Of a DNA stretch of 52,892 nt, positions 1-10,497 are shown piece after piece. The stretch lies in NCBI GenBank assembly GCA_048939015.1, contig JBHLPW010000036.1, positions 1-52,892 of the forward strand, written 5' to 3'. The translations under genes and the position numbers were made by a program. The notes beneath the pieces are model-generated. The model did no database searches. It was not told the DNA's origin and saw nothing but the letters and a program-made list of their open reading frames with translations. How positions within the stretch are numbered: the stretch's first letter is position 1; every line of letters begins with the position of its first letter. This DNA is from Promethearchaeota archaeon. GTDB lineage: Archaea; Asgardarchaeota; Lokiarchaeia; Sigyniarchaeales; SOKP01.

Positions 1-90
1 CACTAGAAATACCAAAATTAATGAAGTTTTATATTTTTCATCTAATAATAGAGAAGAAATTAAATTAATTTATCAAAGTGAGCTTTTAAG

Positions 91-891
91 TTGAATCTTG
101 GTAAGAAGATAAGAATGGAACGGATATTTGATAGGAAAAGTAAAAAAACTATAATAATTCCAATGGATCATGGATTAACGATGGGCACTATCAAGGGATT
201 AGAGGATTTAGCTGCAATGGTAGACAAAGTTGCTTTAGGTGGAGCAAATGCTGTTTTAATGCATTCTGGGATGGTTAGTGCAGGGCATAGACAGTATGGA
301 AAGGATATTGGGCTGATTATTCATTTATCAGGAGCTACTAGTTTATCACCAAATCCTAACAAAAAAGTTTTAGTTTGTTCTGTTGAGCGTGCTTTAAAAA
401 TGGGTGCAGATGGGGTTTCCATACACATAAATATTGGTGCTGATGATGAACCAGAAATGCTTCAAGATGCTCATAAAATTGTTGAGGATACTAGAGAGTG
501 GGGAGTACCATTAATAGCTATGATGTATCCAAGAGGAAAAAAAATTACAGATGAAAATGAACCAAGTGTAGTTAATATCGCAGTTAGAGCTGGAGCTGAA
601 TTGGGAGCTGACATAGTTAAAACTAATTATACCGGAGATATTGATTCTTTTAAGAAAATTACTAATGGAGTCAGACATGTTCCAGTTATAATTGCTGGTG
701 GTCCTAAAATGGATACTATTCCAAATTTACTCCAAATGGTTCATGATTCTATAGAAGCTGGAGGATCTGGAGTTGCTTTTGGAAGGAATGTATTTCAATC
801 AGAAGATCCTACCAAGTTAGTTCGATCTCTTAGCAAAATTGTTCATGAAAAATATTCTGTAGAAGAAGTAATCAAAGAATTCAAATTTTAA
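91..891 (+). CDS. DhnA-type class I aldolase, likely 2-amino-3,7-dideoxy-D-threo-hept-6-ulosonate (ADH) synthase of the archaeal shikimate route
   Basis: GKKIRM N-terminus, [23 protein letters not shown] (Schiff-base Lys), IAGGPK and GRNVFQ motifs. ADH synthase versus FBP aldolase cannot be fully separated. Confidence 0.85.
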   Translation: MNLGKKIRMERIFDRKSKKTIIIPMDHGLTMGTIKGLEDLAAMVDKVALGGANAVLMHSGMVSAGHRQYGKDIGLIIHLSGATSLSPNPNKKVLVCSVERALKMGADGVSIHINIGADDEPEMLQDAHKIVEDTREWGVPLIAMMYPRGKKITDENEPSVVNIAVRAGAELGADIVKTNYTGDIDSFKKITNGVRHVPVIIAGGPKMDTIPNLLQMVHDSIEAGGSGVAFGRNVFQSEDPTKLVRSLSKIVHEKYSVEEVIKEFKF

Positions 892-957
892 GGTATTAAG
901 AATTTCGTAAAAAATGACTTTTTTGAAGTAATTTGGATGATTAAATTCTGAAGATTT

Positions 958-1824
958 TTAAGAGTCTTCTTTAATTTTTTCATAATATTTCACTAAATTT
1001 TTGAAGACATAGTTAGTAGGAGCAAATCCTTGTGTTGCTGTTTTTAACAGTATATTTTGTAGAAAATCATGATGTTTAACATTTTGATCTAAAGTAATAT
1101 TCAATTCTCTAATATTGAAGAAGCTACGGAAAAAAAGAGTTGGAAAATCAACTAATGGTTGTAACATTTGACTATAGTATAATTTTCCTTCTTTTGTTAG
1201 CTCTAATTCTTTTTTTAGACTATAATGATAGTTATTCCCTTTCTTTTTAATTGTAATAATCCCATCTGATTCAATTTCTTTCATAGTAGATTCGACATCT
1301 GACCTATCTACGTCTTTTATATTTAATTTCTTTAAACTATCAAGAATTTCGATATCTGTTTGACCCTTTAATTTCATCAATGTATAATTTCTTGCAATAA
1401 TATTATATTTTAGGGGAACTGATTCATGATCAAGTTTGTTATATTGTATGAGATTTCCTAGAATTTCTTTTGCTATGAAATATTTCAATACTACTTGATC
1501 TTCCTCAGAAAAATCATTTTTAAATAAGTCAGAATTTAAATATTGTCCATATAAAGTTTGTAATAAGGTTTTTACTGCATGAAATCCATCTAGAGTAGCT
1601 TGTTCTACATTTTTTAAAACTGAAATTCTGTAATCAATGTCTTCTAGGAATTTAGCTTTATCAAGAGGTATTTGACGGACTATATGAGGTTGATTATTAA
1701 GTGGTTTCAAATAATCTTCCCATTTTTTCTTGAAACGAGGGGATTGAGTTTTTACAATACTTGAAAGTTTATATATAACCTCAGTAAGTCTATTGAGAAA
1801 TTGTTGTTCTGAAACTTTTATCAT
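958..1824 (-). CDS. Hypothetical protein with a probable internal winged-helix segment
   Basis: 288-aa ORF with ATG start. DVESTMKEIESDGIITIKKKGNNYHYSL resembles a wHTH recognition helix plus wing. Confidence 0.6.
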   Translation of the reverse strand: MIKVSEQQFLNRLTEVIYKLSSIVKTQSPRFKKKWEDYLKPLNNQPHIVRQIPLDKAKFLEDIDYRISVLKNVEQATLDGFHAVKTLLQTLYGQYLNSDLFKNDFSEEDQVVLKYFIAKEILGNLIQYNKLDHESVPLKYNIIARNYTLMKLKGQTDIEILDSLKKLNIKDVDRSDVESTMKEIESDGIITIKKKGNNYHYSLKKELELTKEGKLYYSQMLQPLVDFPTLFFRSFFNIRELNITLDQNVKHHDFLQNILLKTATQGFAPTNYVFKNLVKYYEKIKEDS

Positions 1825-2030
1825 CCACGAAATACCTTATCCTTATTCGAATTTTTTTTTGAACTATTAATAATATTATGACCTATAAATTTTTAAATTT
1901 TCAACAAAATTAAGATGAGATTATTTACATAACGATTTAAATAATTAGCTAAAATTGTAAATATATAAATATTAAAAAATTGTTTATTATTAGCTTTTAT
2001 AAGAAGGTAAAAACTTCAAAGTTGATCGAA

Positions 2031-2429
2031 ATGAGTGAGAAAAACTTAGAACATATAGCTGTTGCTGCGAATTATGAAAGCGATTCTGATAGTTTTTTTA
2101 TTGAATTACTAGGGTTAGAAAAAACAAGATCATTCACAGTTTCAACTGACTTAATGGAAAAATTCTTTGGTGTAAGTAGAGAGCAAAAAGTCCTACGATA
2201 TGAAAAGGGCTCCCTAGGCTTTGAAGTTTTTATTACTAATGATGAAAGTAAGGCGAATGACACCTTTACTCACTCGTGCTTATTAATAGAAAATAGAGAT
2301 GATTTTGTTGATAAGGCAACTTCATTGGGATATGATGTTATTAAAGTTTCCAGAAAAGAGGGAGTTGGATATTATTTGTTTATTAAAGATTCTTTTCAAA
2401 ATCTTTATGAAATAAAGGAAAAGGGTTAA
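2031..2429 (+). CDS. VOC/glyoxalase family protein
   Basis: LEHIAVA...FFIELLGL, FEVF, THSCL and FIKDSFQNLYEI motifs. ATG at 2031 preferred over the upstream TTG. Confidence 0.8.
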   Translation: MSEKNLEHIAVAANYESDSDSFFIELLGLEKTRSFTVSTDLMEKFFGVSREQKVLRYEKGSLGFEVFITNDESKANDTFTHSCLLIENRDDFVDKATSLGYDVIKVSRKEGVGYYLFIKDSFQNLYEIKEKG

Positions 2430-2434
2430 TCAGG

Positions 2435-2863
2435 TTAAATTAAGTTATCTAAAATTCCTGAATTCTTAATAATTTCCATATGATCAAAAGCCAGCTCTAA
2501 AGAAGAAAGTTTTTGCAAAGAAACTATTTCTAGCTCAGCTGCATCATCTAAGGCTTTAGGTTTTTCTTTTTTTGTTAATGGTTCACAAAAAAAAGCAACA
2601 GTGACAGTATGCCCTCGTGGATCCCTTTTTGGATCGGAGAAAACACCAATTAGTTTTAGAATTTTCACGTTAATGTTTGTTTCCTCTTTTACTTCTCGAA
2701 TACAAGCATTCTCAACAGTTTCACCAATGTCAACAAATCCTCCAGGTAATGCATATTGCCCTTGAAAAGGAGGGTTTTTCCGACGGATTAATACAATATC
2801 TATTTTATTGTTTAGGAGGATTACAGCATCTACCGTTAAAAGTGGTGTAACTGGTTTGGGAAT
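2435..2863 (-). CDS. NUDIX hydrolase (ADP-ribose pyrophosphatase-like); probable ATT start
   Basis: The frame is open upstream of the track start (2668) and reads PKPVTPLLTVDAVI...LIRRKNPPFQGQYALPGGFVDIGETVENACIREVKEETNI (Nudix box), then SDPKRDPRGH and LAFDH. There is no ATG/GTG/TTG upstream of the box, and GAGGT precedes ATT at 2863. Confidence 0.85.
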   Translation of the reverse strand: MPKPVTPLLTVDAVILLNNKIDIVLIRRKNPPFQGQYALPGGFVDIGETVENACIREVKEETNINVKILKLIGVFSDPKRDPRGHTVTVAFFCEPLTKKEKPKALDDAAELEIVSLQKLSSLELAFDHMEIIKNSGILDNLI

Positions 2864-2886
2864 TTTATAAACCTCATTTATTTTAA

Positions 2887-3708
2887 TTATTCATCCCAAA
2901 CTTCCGATGCAAGTAAATGTTCGATTCGTGTTTTTCGAGGTCTAATAAACTCTGTATGATTTTCCTTTCGTTCCAATAATAAAGTCTTCTTAAGATTTAT
3001 TGAATCAACAATATATACTTCCAAATCTCCTTCTTTTAGAAAAATATGATTAAAACTAGGTGAATCATCAGCACGAACTTTATTTGAAGTTGAAGTGCCA
3101 CAGTAAAGAAAAGTAGTGTTTGAAGAATTCTTCCAAGAAATGGTATAAGCGTGAGGAACATGGCGATGACCCATTAGTACTAAATCTACTTCAAATAAAT
3201 TAGTAAACTCTAAAATTTCTCCCGCATCTCGGACTGTAGTAAATTTTTGTCCGGACATTGGAATTGGAATTAAATGGTGATGTAATGCTATTACTCTATC
3301 TTCTAAATTCCGGTTAAAGCATCTCCCCATCCAATCGAGTTGTTCATCACCAATTTCACCATGTGCAATATCGTCTCTAGCAGAGCAAACCCCTACTATA
3401 AGGGCATTTTTTTTTTCTAAAATAATTCTAGACCTTCTTGGTCCAATGATTTTTTCAAAAAATACGAGTCCTGAACTTTTAGCATCATGATTGCCAGGTA
3501 CTGCCATAAACCTAGTTATATCCTTTATTCTATTTATATATTGGACAGCATTTTTGAACTGAGTAACTCTTCCCTTATGAACAATATCTCCAGTGCAGAT
3601 TACAATGTCAGGATGAACATCATTGACATAATTAATAATATTTTCAATACAATCTTCTCGGAATTCACTTCCGTAGTGCAAATCGCTAATTTGTATGATT
3701 TCTACCAT
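2887..3708 (-). CDS. Calcineurin-like metallophosphoesterase (CpdA/Icc-like)
   Basis: SDLH, TGD, GNHD, HHH and GHRH metal-binding motifs. Confidence 0.9.
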   Translation of the reverse strand: MVEIIQISDLHYGSEFREDCIENIINYVNDVHPDIVICTGDIVHKGRVTQFKNAVQYINRIKDITRFMAVPGNHDAKSSGLVFFEKIIGPRRSRIILEKKNALIVGVCSARDDIAHGEIGDEQLDWMGRCFNRNLEDRVIALHHHLIPIPMSGQKFTTVRDAGEILEFTNLFEVDLVLMGHRHVPHAYTISWKNSSNTTFLYCGTSTSNKVRADDSPSFNHIFLKEGDLEVYIVDSINLKKTLLLERKENHTEFIRPRKTRIEHLLASEVWDE

Positions 3709-3869
3709 TTTTCAGCATCTCCTCATAATGAGGTTAAATTCTAAGAGAGAATTTCTATAATTTATAAATTTAATAATTAGTCCTAAATTTAAAATGTTTT
3801 TGATGAGATAAAAATCTTAAATAAAAACAATTAGATTGTGAAAATTAAGTTAAATAAAAAAAACAGGTT

Positions 3870-4052
3870 TTAATAATAGGTCTCTACACTGAGAGAATTA
3901 ATTGTTGTATCGAGATTCTGCTGTGATTTACGCTGTTCTGCTAATAATATTAGTGTGTTTTTATTATTACAATCAAAACAAACACCATTAACGTCTATAT
4001 AGCGTAATCCTCCACATTGTGGACAGTAAAACTCTTTAAATATAGGTTTCAT
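3870..4052 (-). CDS. Small zinc-ribbon protein
   Basis: CPQCGG...CFDC motif; ATG at 4052 (MKPIFKEFYC). Confidence 0.6.
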   Translation of the reverse strand: MKPIFKEFYCPQCGGLRYIDVNGVCFDCNNKNTLILLAEQRKSQQNLDTTINSLSVETYY

Positions 4053-4080
4053 ATTAGTTTTTCTCGTTAGATTTGTAATT

Positions 4081-4251
4081 TTAATATATATATTCAATTT
4101 GATTTAATTTGGTTAATTTTTCAATATCTTGCTTAATCTTTTCTATTATGAAATCAATAGATTTTTCGAGAGGAGTTCTAACAACCTTACTTTTTAATTG
4201 TATATAATCTTCTTTTTGATCTAATAAGTTCATTAGAATCTGATTAAACAT
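4081..4251 (-). CDS. Small hypothetical protein (56 aa, not in ORF track)
   Basis: ATG at 4251 to TAA at 4081 reads MFNQILMNLLDQKEDYIQLKSKVVRTPLEKSIDFIIEKIKQDIEKLTKLNQIEYIY. It is amphipathic-helix-like and co-oriented with its neighbours. Confidence 0.4.
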   Translation of the reverse strand: MFNQILMNLLDQKEDYIQLKSKVVRTPLEKSIDFIIEKIKQDIEKLTKLNQIEYIY

Positions 4252-4406
4252 GATATATATAGTTCTTTTATTCTCTTTAATTATTAATAAAAAATTTAGA
4301 GTTATAAGTGCTCTCGTTATATTATATAATGTCTATATAGACTATATAGAAAAAAATAGTTTTGAAAAATATTCTTTTAATTGTATTTTTACAATAAAAA
4401 ATGCTT

Positions 4407-6209
4407 CTATTTTGGTATTCCTTCTGAGTCCCATCCTCTTAACTTATAGTATTTTTTTAGCATTTCTTTAAGGGGTGGTATATTACCTTTTGTCCCTCCT
4501 TTAGGGATAGGAATTGAAAATCTTGATCCGATAGAATCATGGTTTTTTGTCATACCACATTTAATGTTGTATACTCTTTTTAAATTGAATAAATTTTCGC
4601 CAATTTTTACCCAATCTTCAACTGTATAGGTCCTACCTGTGATTGCATTAACTGCATCCACCCATGGCTTAATTTCACTAGAGTAAAAAAAGCCAAACAT
4701 ACATCCTCCTGTTGCTACATATGATTCGCAAGCATCTTGTAATTTTATAACTGCATTCATAACTTCCTCACCTACTGAGAAAGCGTCAATCCTTTCAGTA
4801 AGTCCCAGTTCTTTTTTAAAGTGAGTGGCAAATGATAAATGAAAAGGTTCATAACCATGATATGCCCCACGAGAAGAAGTAGTGAGATCTAAAGCTGTCA
4901 TATTATTCGAACGAGGTTCATGAGCAGGGACTTCAAGACCTTTTCCCTGGATATTAAGATCATCTGGTAAACTATATTTTTGGCAAAAAAGCCGAACACC
5001 ATCAGCCAAATCATTCCCAATCTCTTTTCGAAATGCAATTAATTTGATCAAATTTTCAATTGGAGCAGTAGTACTCCAAACAATATATTGATTTTTTTCA
5101 GGATCTTTTTCAAATCCTAACTTATTATGATCAATTTCAATTAATCCTCTCTCTACAGCTTCAAGAAAAACTCCAAGAACACCACCAAGAGATATACAAT
5201 CAATCCCTAGATCATTAACCATAATATTCCATCTAATTAAAGTTTCTAAATCATCCACGAATAAATTAGAGCCTAGCATTGCCAAGAATTCATATTCAGG
5301 CCATTCGACCCAAGTGTTATTATACTTAATTTTACCTCTACAAGCAGTCCAACAATTAAAACAGGAATAATGTTGTAATTCAAAGTTATCTTTTAATGCA
5401 TAAAATCCAATTTTTTTTGTTCCTTTCCATCGACTTAGAGTAAAGTTTTTAATTGGTACATCTCCTGCACTAACGTAATTATCCATATGTGCTAACGTAC
5501 CCACATCGTGCATTACTACAGATAGAGGGGCAGTTTTTGCTATTGTTCTTATTTTTTGGGCTGCATCCTTTAATTTTTCTTCATTAATGATTGGTACATC
5601 TTTAGTGCCACGTACTACTATTGCTTTTAGATTTTTACTGCCCATTACTGCACCCATGCCACAACGTCCGGCAGCATGACTTTTTTCACTCATTATTGAA
5701 GCGAAATTTACAAGATTTTCTCCTGCAGGCCCTATTGATGCAATTTTTATGTTCTCATCCCCGATTTCTTTCTTAAGTAAATCTTCTGTTTCTCGAGTTC
5801 CTTTACCCCACAATTTTGTTGCATTACGAATTTCAATTTTATCATTGTAAATCCATAAATAGACAGGTTTTTTACTTATTCCCTTAATGATAATATGATC
5901 ATAACCTGCTTTTTTCAATTCATTTCCAAAAAACCCTCCAGCAGAAGATTCTCCTAAAATCCTGGTTAAAGGAGATTTTGCCATGACAAAATATCTGCCA
6001 CAATATGGTACTGAAGTTCCACAAATGGGGCCTAAAGAAAAAATAAGGAGGTTTTGAGCATCTAATGGGTCAATATCAGGGGAGACTTCTTTGGTAAAGA
6101 TTGCAGCTGCTACACCAGCTCCACCTATGTATTTTTCTTTTAATTTGGGTTCTACAGTATCAATAGAAAAGTTCTCGGATTCTAAATCAATTCGTAATAT
6201 TTTTCCCAT
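4407..6209 (-). CDS. aor: Tungsten-dependent aldehyde:ferredoxin oxidoreductase family
   Basis: GKILRIDL, YIGGAG, KSPLT, SSAGG, IGPAGENLV, AAGRCGMGAVMGSKNLKAI, CFNCWTAC, PEYE, DLGIDCIS and YYKLRGWDSEGIP motifs. Confidence 0.92.
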   Translation of the reverse strand: MGKILRIDLESENFSIDTVEPKLKEKYIGGAGVAAAIFTKEVSPDIDPLDAQNLLIFSLGPICGTSVPYCGRYFVMAKSPLTRILGESSAGGFFGNELKKAGYDHIIIKGISKKPVYLWIYNDKIEIRNATKLWGKGTRETEDLLKKEIGDENIKIASIGPAGENLVNFASIMSEKSHAAGRCGMGAVMGSKNLKAIVVRGTKDVPIINEEKLKDAAQKIRTIAKTAPLSVVMHDVGTLAHMDNYVSAGDVPIKNFTLSRWKGTKKIGFYALKDNFELQHYSCFNCWTACRGKIKYNNTWVEWPEYEFLAMLGSNLFVDDLETLIRWNIMVNDLGIDCISLGGVLGVFLEAVERGLIEIDHNKLGFEKDPEKNQYIVWSTTAPIENLIKLIAFRKEIGNDLADGVRLFCQKYSLPDDLNIQGKGLEVPAHEPRSNNMTALDLTTSSRGAYHGYEPFHLSFATHFKKELGLTERIDAFSVGEEVMNAVIKLQDACESYVATGGCMFGFFYSSEIKPWVDAVNAITGRTYTVEDWVKIGENLFNLKRVYNIKCGMTKNHDSIGSRFSIPIPKGGTKGNIPPLKEMLKKYYKLRGWDSEGIPK

Positions 6210-6318
6210 AGTATAACCATCCTACTAATTAAAAATCCTATTAATATTACTATTGATTTGATTTATATTAAATTGTTTTTAACAATTGAAAAAAAACCAA
6301 TTCAATTATTTTTAAGAT

Positions 6319-7218
6319 TTAGAAATCGTTATAGTCAAAATCTGAGAAAAATGCTTTAATTTTCTCTTTTTTGTTATTAGAAATCCATTCAGTATGAGTG
6401 TATAGGGGTTTAATACCAATTTTTTCTGGTTTGGATAACCATAATGGATTATATGGTAAAAACCATATTTTCTTTATTTGTAAGGTTTTTAAGTAATTTG
6501 CAAGCACTTTTAAATTTTCTGATGTATCTGTTATATCAGGAATTAGTGGGATTCTTGGTAGCACTTTTTTATCTTGTTTTTTAATCAAAATTTCGAAATT
6601 TTCCAAAATTCGTTTATTAGAAACTTTACAATATTGAGCATGAAGCTTAGGATCTAATAATTTTAAATCAAAATAAATTAAATCGACGTATGGGTATATT
6701 AGTTCATCAAATTGGTTTTCATTATAAAATCCACATGTCTCAATGCATACATGGACCTCTTTTTTTTTAAGTTCTTTGAGTAGATTATGAACAAAATCCA
6801 TATATACGAGTGGCTCCCCTCCAGAAAGGGTGACCCCTCCACCAGAATTATCATAAAATATTTTATCTTTTAAGATAATATTCACTAGTTCTTCAACGGT
6901 ATAAGTTTCACCAACAAATTTTAAAGCATTATTGGGACAAAAATCTATACAATTACCACAAAGAGTACACAAACTTCGATCTATACGATATTTATAATCA
7001 AAATTAATCGCATTTTGAGTACATGCTTCTAAACATTTACCACATTCGACACACAGTTCTTTATCAAAATAGAGTTCAATAAAAGGAGATTTTGCTTCTG
7101 GATTTTGACACCAAACGCAAGAAAGAGGGCAACCTTTAAAAAAAATTAGAGTTCTAATTCCTGGACCATCATCTAGAGCATTTCTTTTGATATCTACAAT
7201 CAGTGTTTTTTCTATCAT
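6319..7218 (-). CDS. Glycyl-radical enzyme activating enzyme (radical SAM with 2x[4Fe-4S] ferredoxin insert)
   Basis: DGPGIRT, KGCPLSCVWCQNPE, CVECGKCLEAC, CTLCGNCIDFCP, GGGVTLSGGEP and IETCG motifs. Confidence 0.93.
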   Translation of the reverse strand: MIEKTLIVDIKRNALDDGPGIRTLIFFKGCPLSCVWCQNPEAKSPFIELYFDKELCVECGKCLEACTQNAINFDYKYRIDRSLCTLCGNCIDFCPNNALKFVGETYTVEELVNIILKDKIFYDNSGGGVTLSGGEPLVYMDFVHNLLKELKKKEVHVCIETCGFYNENQFDELIYPYVDLIYFDLKLLDPKLHAQYCKVSNKRILENFEILIKKQDKKVLPRIPLIPDITDTSENLKVLANYLKTLQIKKIWFLPYNPLWLSKPEKIGIKPLYTHTEWISNNKKEKIKAFFSDFDYNDF

Positions 7219-7263
7219 TATTTCAAGAATTTAAAATTAAAAAATAAAAATATGGGATATTTA

Positions 7264-10227
7264 CTATCTTGGATGATATTCATGCCTTTCAATTAGTTCT
7301 AACTGCATATTTTTGTTTAATTTTGTAAAATAGGCATTATATCCTGAGACTCTGACTAAAAGCCATCTATAATCAATTGGGTTAACCATTGCATCTCTCA
7401 GAGTTTCCGAGGATACAACATTAAATTGCCATTGCATCCCATTTAGATCAAAAAAACTCTGGACATAACTAGTGAAAAGATCTAAAGTCTGTTTATGGTC
7501 ATCACCTGGATGTGGAACAAGTTTCACATTATAAGAAGCATTATTTGCCATTTTTAAGTAGTCTAAAGCAGCAACACTTTGAATACTTGGAAGTAAGATG
7601 TCAGTGGTACCAGGTGCGGGAGTTAATCCAGGAGTTAATGCTTTTCCTTTCTTTCGACCGGAAGGTAACGCTCCAGTTAGCATTCCAAATCCCGTATGAT
7701 AACTTATCGACCAATAGCCCACTAGATATTTACCACCTCTATAATTTTCAGCAGAATTATAGATATCATAACAGAAATCACTTATATCTTGAGCCATCTC
7801 AATAGTGCCATCTTCCCCTGAACCAAACTTAGGGACTTGTTCAATTTTATGTAAAATGGATTCGTATCCTTCAAAGTTGTTATCAATAGCGTCTATTAAT
7901 GTAGCAAAATCAAATACTTTTTTATTGTAGATTAAATCCTTAATTACTAGTAAACTATCAATTACATCTGTAAGCGCTACAAGAGCAACTCCCGAGGTAT
8001 TGTAAACAGCACCACCATTAATGAGATCCTTACCCTTTTCTAAAGGTCCATCATAAAAACCAGATAGTAGTGGTGTTGGATGTATATATCTATGTGATTC
8101 CCCGAGATAATTATTGATTTCAATTGATTGCTCTGCTAAATATTTAAGTTGAGTTTTATAAGCATTGAGGAAATCCTCAAACGTTATAAAATTGGTACGA
8201 ACATCACCAGTTTCAATTCCCATTTTTTCTCCTGTTAATGGAATAATTCCGTTATTTAATGCCATTTCTAAAGGGGCAACTAAGTTCAGAAGCATACAAT
8301 TCGTATGACCATAATGTTTTCCCACGATAGTTGGCTCAACACATCCAGTTGCTGCCCAATCTCTAGCATCTTCTACAGTAAAACCTTCATGAACTAAAGC
8401 TTCAATCATAGTTCTATCATTATGAATGCTTGGAGAAGCTCCCATATTAATATTCACTTCACATAAACGTCTTAAATATTCCTTAGAATTAATTCCAGAA
8501 TAATATCGAGCATTCATATTAGGATCTTGGAAACCAAGCATTTCGTTTGTTTTTAAAATAATAAAGCTCATATCATTAACAGCATCATTCCCTTCTCTAT
8601 CGACACCTCCAACCGTCACCGTATCATCTGAAGAACTGCCTCCGAAGAGTTTCCATCCCACATTTGGCATAAGGGGATCATGATCATTGATTCTTATAAA
8701 TAACGAGCCGACTAGTTCAATTGCCTTCCTTATAAATTGTTCTTTTTCAATGTCATTTTTTGTATTCTTTATCTCTTTTAGAAAGAATGGTTGGAGCATT
8801 TGATCTAATCTACCAATTGATAATGCAGAATTAGCATTTTCACAATGCAGACAAACAAAACTCGTCCAAATAGATTGGATTGCTTCTTGAAGAGTTTCTG
8901 CTGGTTTTGCGGGTACTTTTGCACAAATTCTAGAAATTTCTCTTAGTTCTTCAATCCTTTTTGCTTGTTCGGGTTCATTTGGATCCAATGACTCAGTAAG
9001 TCTTAATGCTTCTTCACTCAGATTTTTAGAATATGTTAAAACACCATTTAATGCTATTTGAATGGACTTATAGAAAATTTTTCTCTCTTTGGAATCAGTT
9101 TCCTTTTCCAATTTTTCAGCTTTATGTTTTACACTTTCTAATCCTTCGGTTATAACCATTGGAAAACCCGGGACAGTATGACTGATTGCATTGGTTTTCA
9201 TCATAAAATAAAATACCCAACCTTCTTCTAATGTTTGAGATTTGGGATTATTGAATTTTGTACGACAATATTCTCTTACATTTTGTTCCATCCAATAGGG
9301 AAAAACTTCTAAACTTAAAATATCCGCATCTTTATCGGAAATATCATTAGGATTTAGTTCTCGTTCACCAATTGTTTTCAACTCAGGCCAAATAGCTGTT
9401 GCAATAAGTTCAGGATACATAGGGATCCCAACTTCTTTTGAAGTAGTGGAACCTGCTATTAGATGTTTATCGTGAATTATAGGTTTTTTATTAGACATTA
9501 TATAATTTACTGCTCCTGCTTGTCGTAATTCTGGGTCTAGTGGATTTCCAGAGTTATCTTCTTCGAAACCATTTTTTCTATGATATTCTGTGACTAATTT
9601 AGCTCTTTCAACACATATTGCTGGTTTTAAGGCAAACCTCCGGCTTTTTAAATATTTTAAACGTGGAAAATCATCTAAAGTATATTTTGCTAAATAAGGA
9701 TCTTCTAACATCTCAACATTATCGACCTTTTTATTCAAACTTTCATTCTTGAGCTTCCTACTCTTTTCTCCTTTATCAATATCCTCAATTGGATACAGTA
9801 AACGATTTTCAGGCCCTTTATAATCCTTGATCTTAGCACCCATAACGAGTGATGTGAGATAAGAAAACTTAGTAAGATAAGACATGTTTCCAATATATCC
9901 CATCTCGTTTGTTAAAAGATAATCAAGTGATTCTTCAGCACTTTTGCTATAGAGATTTGCCAATGTCTCTTTATCCTTATAATATATTGTGATATTGGGA
10001 TTATCAATTTTTCCATCGGCTACAGTCATCTTCCCATCTTTAAAAATGACGTGAACATTAAATGTATCATCTTTAGTCGTAAATTGATATTTGGCATTAA
10101 AGATGAATCCTGTTTTTTCATTATAAATCTCTCTACGCATTTTTCTGCGAGTATCAAATATCATAGCTAACAAATTTAACTGTTCCTTGAAATTTTCAAG
10201 CTCTTTCTCAACTTCTAATTCAATCAT
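7264..10227 (-). CDS. Glycyl radical enzyme (PFL2/eliminase-type) with N-terminal SCP2-like domain
   Basis: GCVEP Cys loop, SIGRLDQ and C-terminal LLVRVSGY glycyl-radical motif. The N-terminal ~130 aa (YQFTT...FKDGKMTV.DG...PNITI...GNMSYL.KF) look like SCP2. Confidence 0.9.
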   Translation of the reverse strand: MIELEVEKELENFKEQLNLLAMIFDTRRKMRREIYNEKTGFIFNAKYQFTTKDDTFNVHVIFKDGKMTVADGKIDNPNITIYYKDKETLANLYSKSAEESLDYLLTNEMGYIGNMSYLTKFSYLTSLVMGAKIKDYKGPENRLLYPIEDIDKGEKSRKLKNESLNKKVDNVEMLEDPYLAKYTLDDFPRLKYLKSRRFALKPAICVERAKLVTEYHRKNGFEEDNSGNPLDPELRQAGAVNYIMSNKKPIIHDKHLIAGSTTSKEVGIPMYPELIATAIWPELKTIGERELNPNDISDKDADILSLEVFPYWMEQNVREYCRTKFNNPKSQTLEEGWVFYFMMKTNAISHTVPGFPMVITEGLESVKHKAEKLEKETDSKERKIFYKSIQIALNGVLTYSKNLSEEALRLTESLDPNEPEQAKRIEELREISRICAKVPAKPAETLQEAIQSIWTSFVCLHCENANSALSIGRLDQMLQPFFLKEIKNTKNDIEKEQFIRKAIELVGSLFIRINDHDPLMPNVGWKLFGGSSSDDTVTVGGVDREGNDAVNDMSFIILKTNEMLGFQDPNMNARYYSGINSKEYLRRLCEVNINMGASPSIHNDRTMIEALVHEGFTVEDARDWAATGCVEPTIVGKHYGHTNCMLLNLVAPLEMALNNGIIPLTGEKMGIETGDVRTNFITFEDFLNAYKTQLKYLAEQSIEINNYLGESHRYIHPTPLLSGFYDGPLEKGKDLINGGAVYNTSGVALVALTDVIDSLLVIKDLIYNKKVFDFATLIDAIDNNFEGYESILHKIEQVPKFGSGEDGTIEMAQDISDFCYDIYNSAENYRGGKYLVGYWSISYHTGFGMLTGALPSGRKKGKALTPGLTPAPGTTDILLPSIQSVAALDYLKMANNASYNVKLVPHPGDDHKQTLDLFTSYVQSFFDLNGMQWQFNVVSSETLRDAMVNPIDYRWLLVRVSGYNAYFTKLNKNMQLELIERHEYHPR

Positions 10228-10497
10228 CTTATTTCTCTTAATTCTATTTATGAATGGATAATAATAGTTATAATTAATCTGGTAATTATTTATATCTTTA
10301 GTTTAAATTTGAGGAATAAAGTTTATCAGTTTTAATACTTTTACAAGAAGGTTTGTTATATATTTATCTTTGGTTATGATCAAGAACAGTAGTTTTGTAT
10401 TATTTAAAAAAATAAGAAATTTCTGATAAAAAACCGTCTTAAAATAATCCCAAGAAGGTTGATTTAATTTTGGCTAATCTAATTTAAATTCTAAAAA

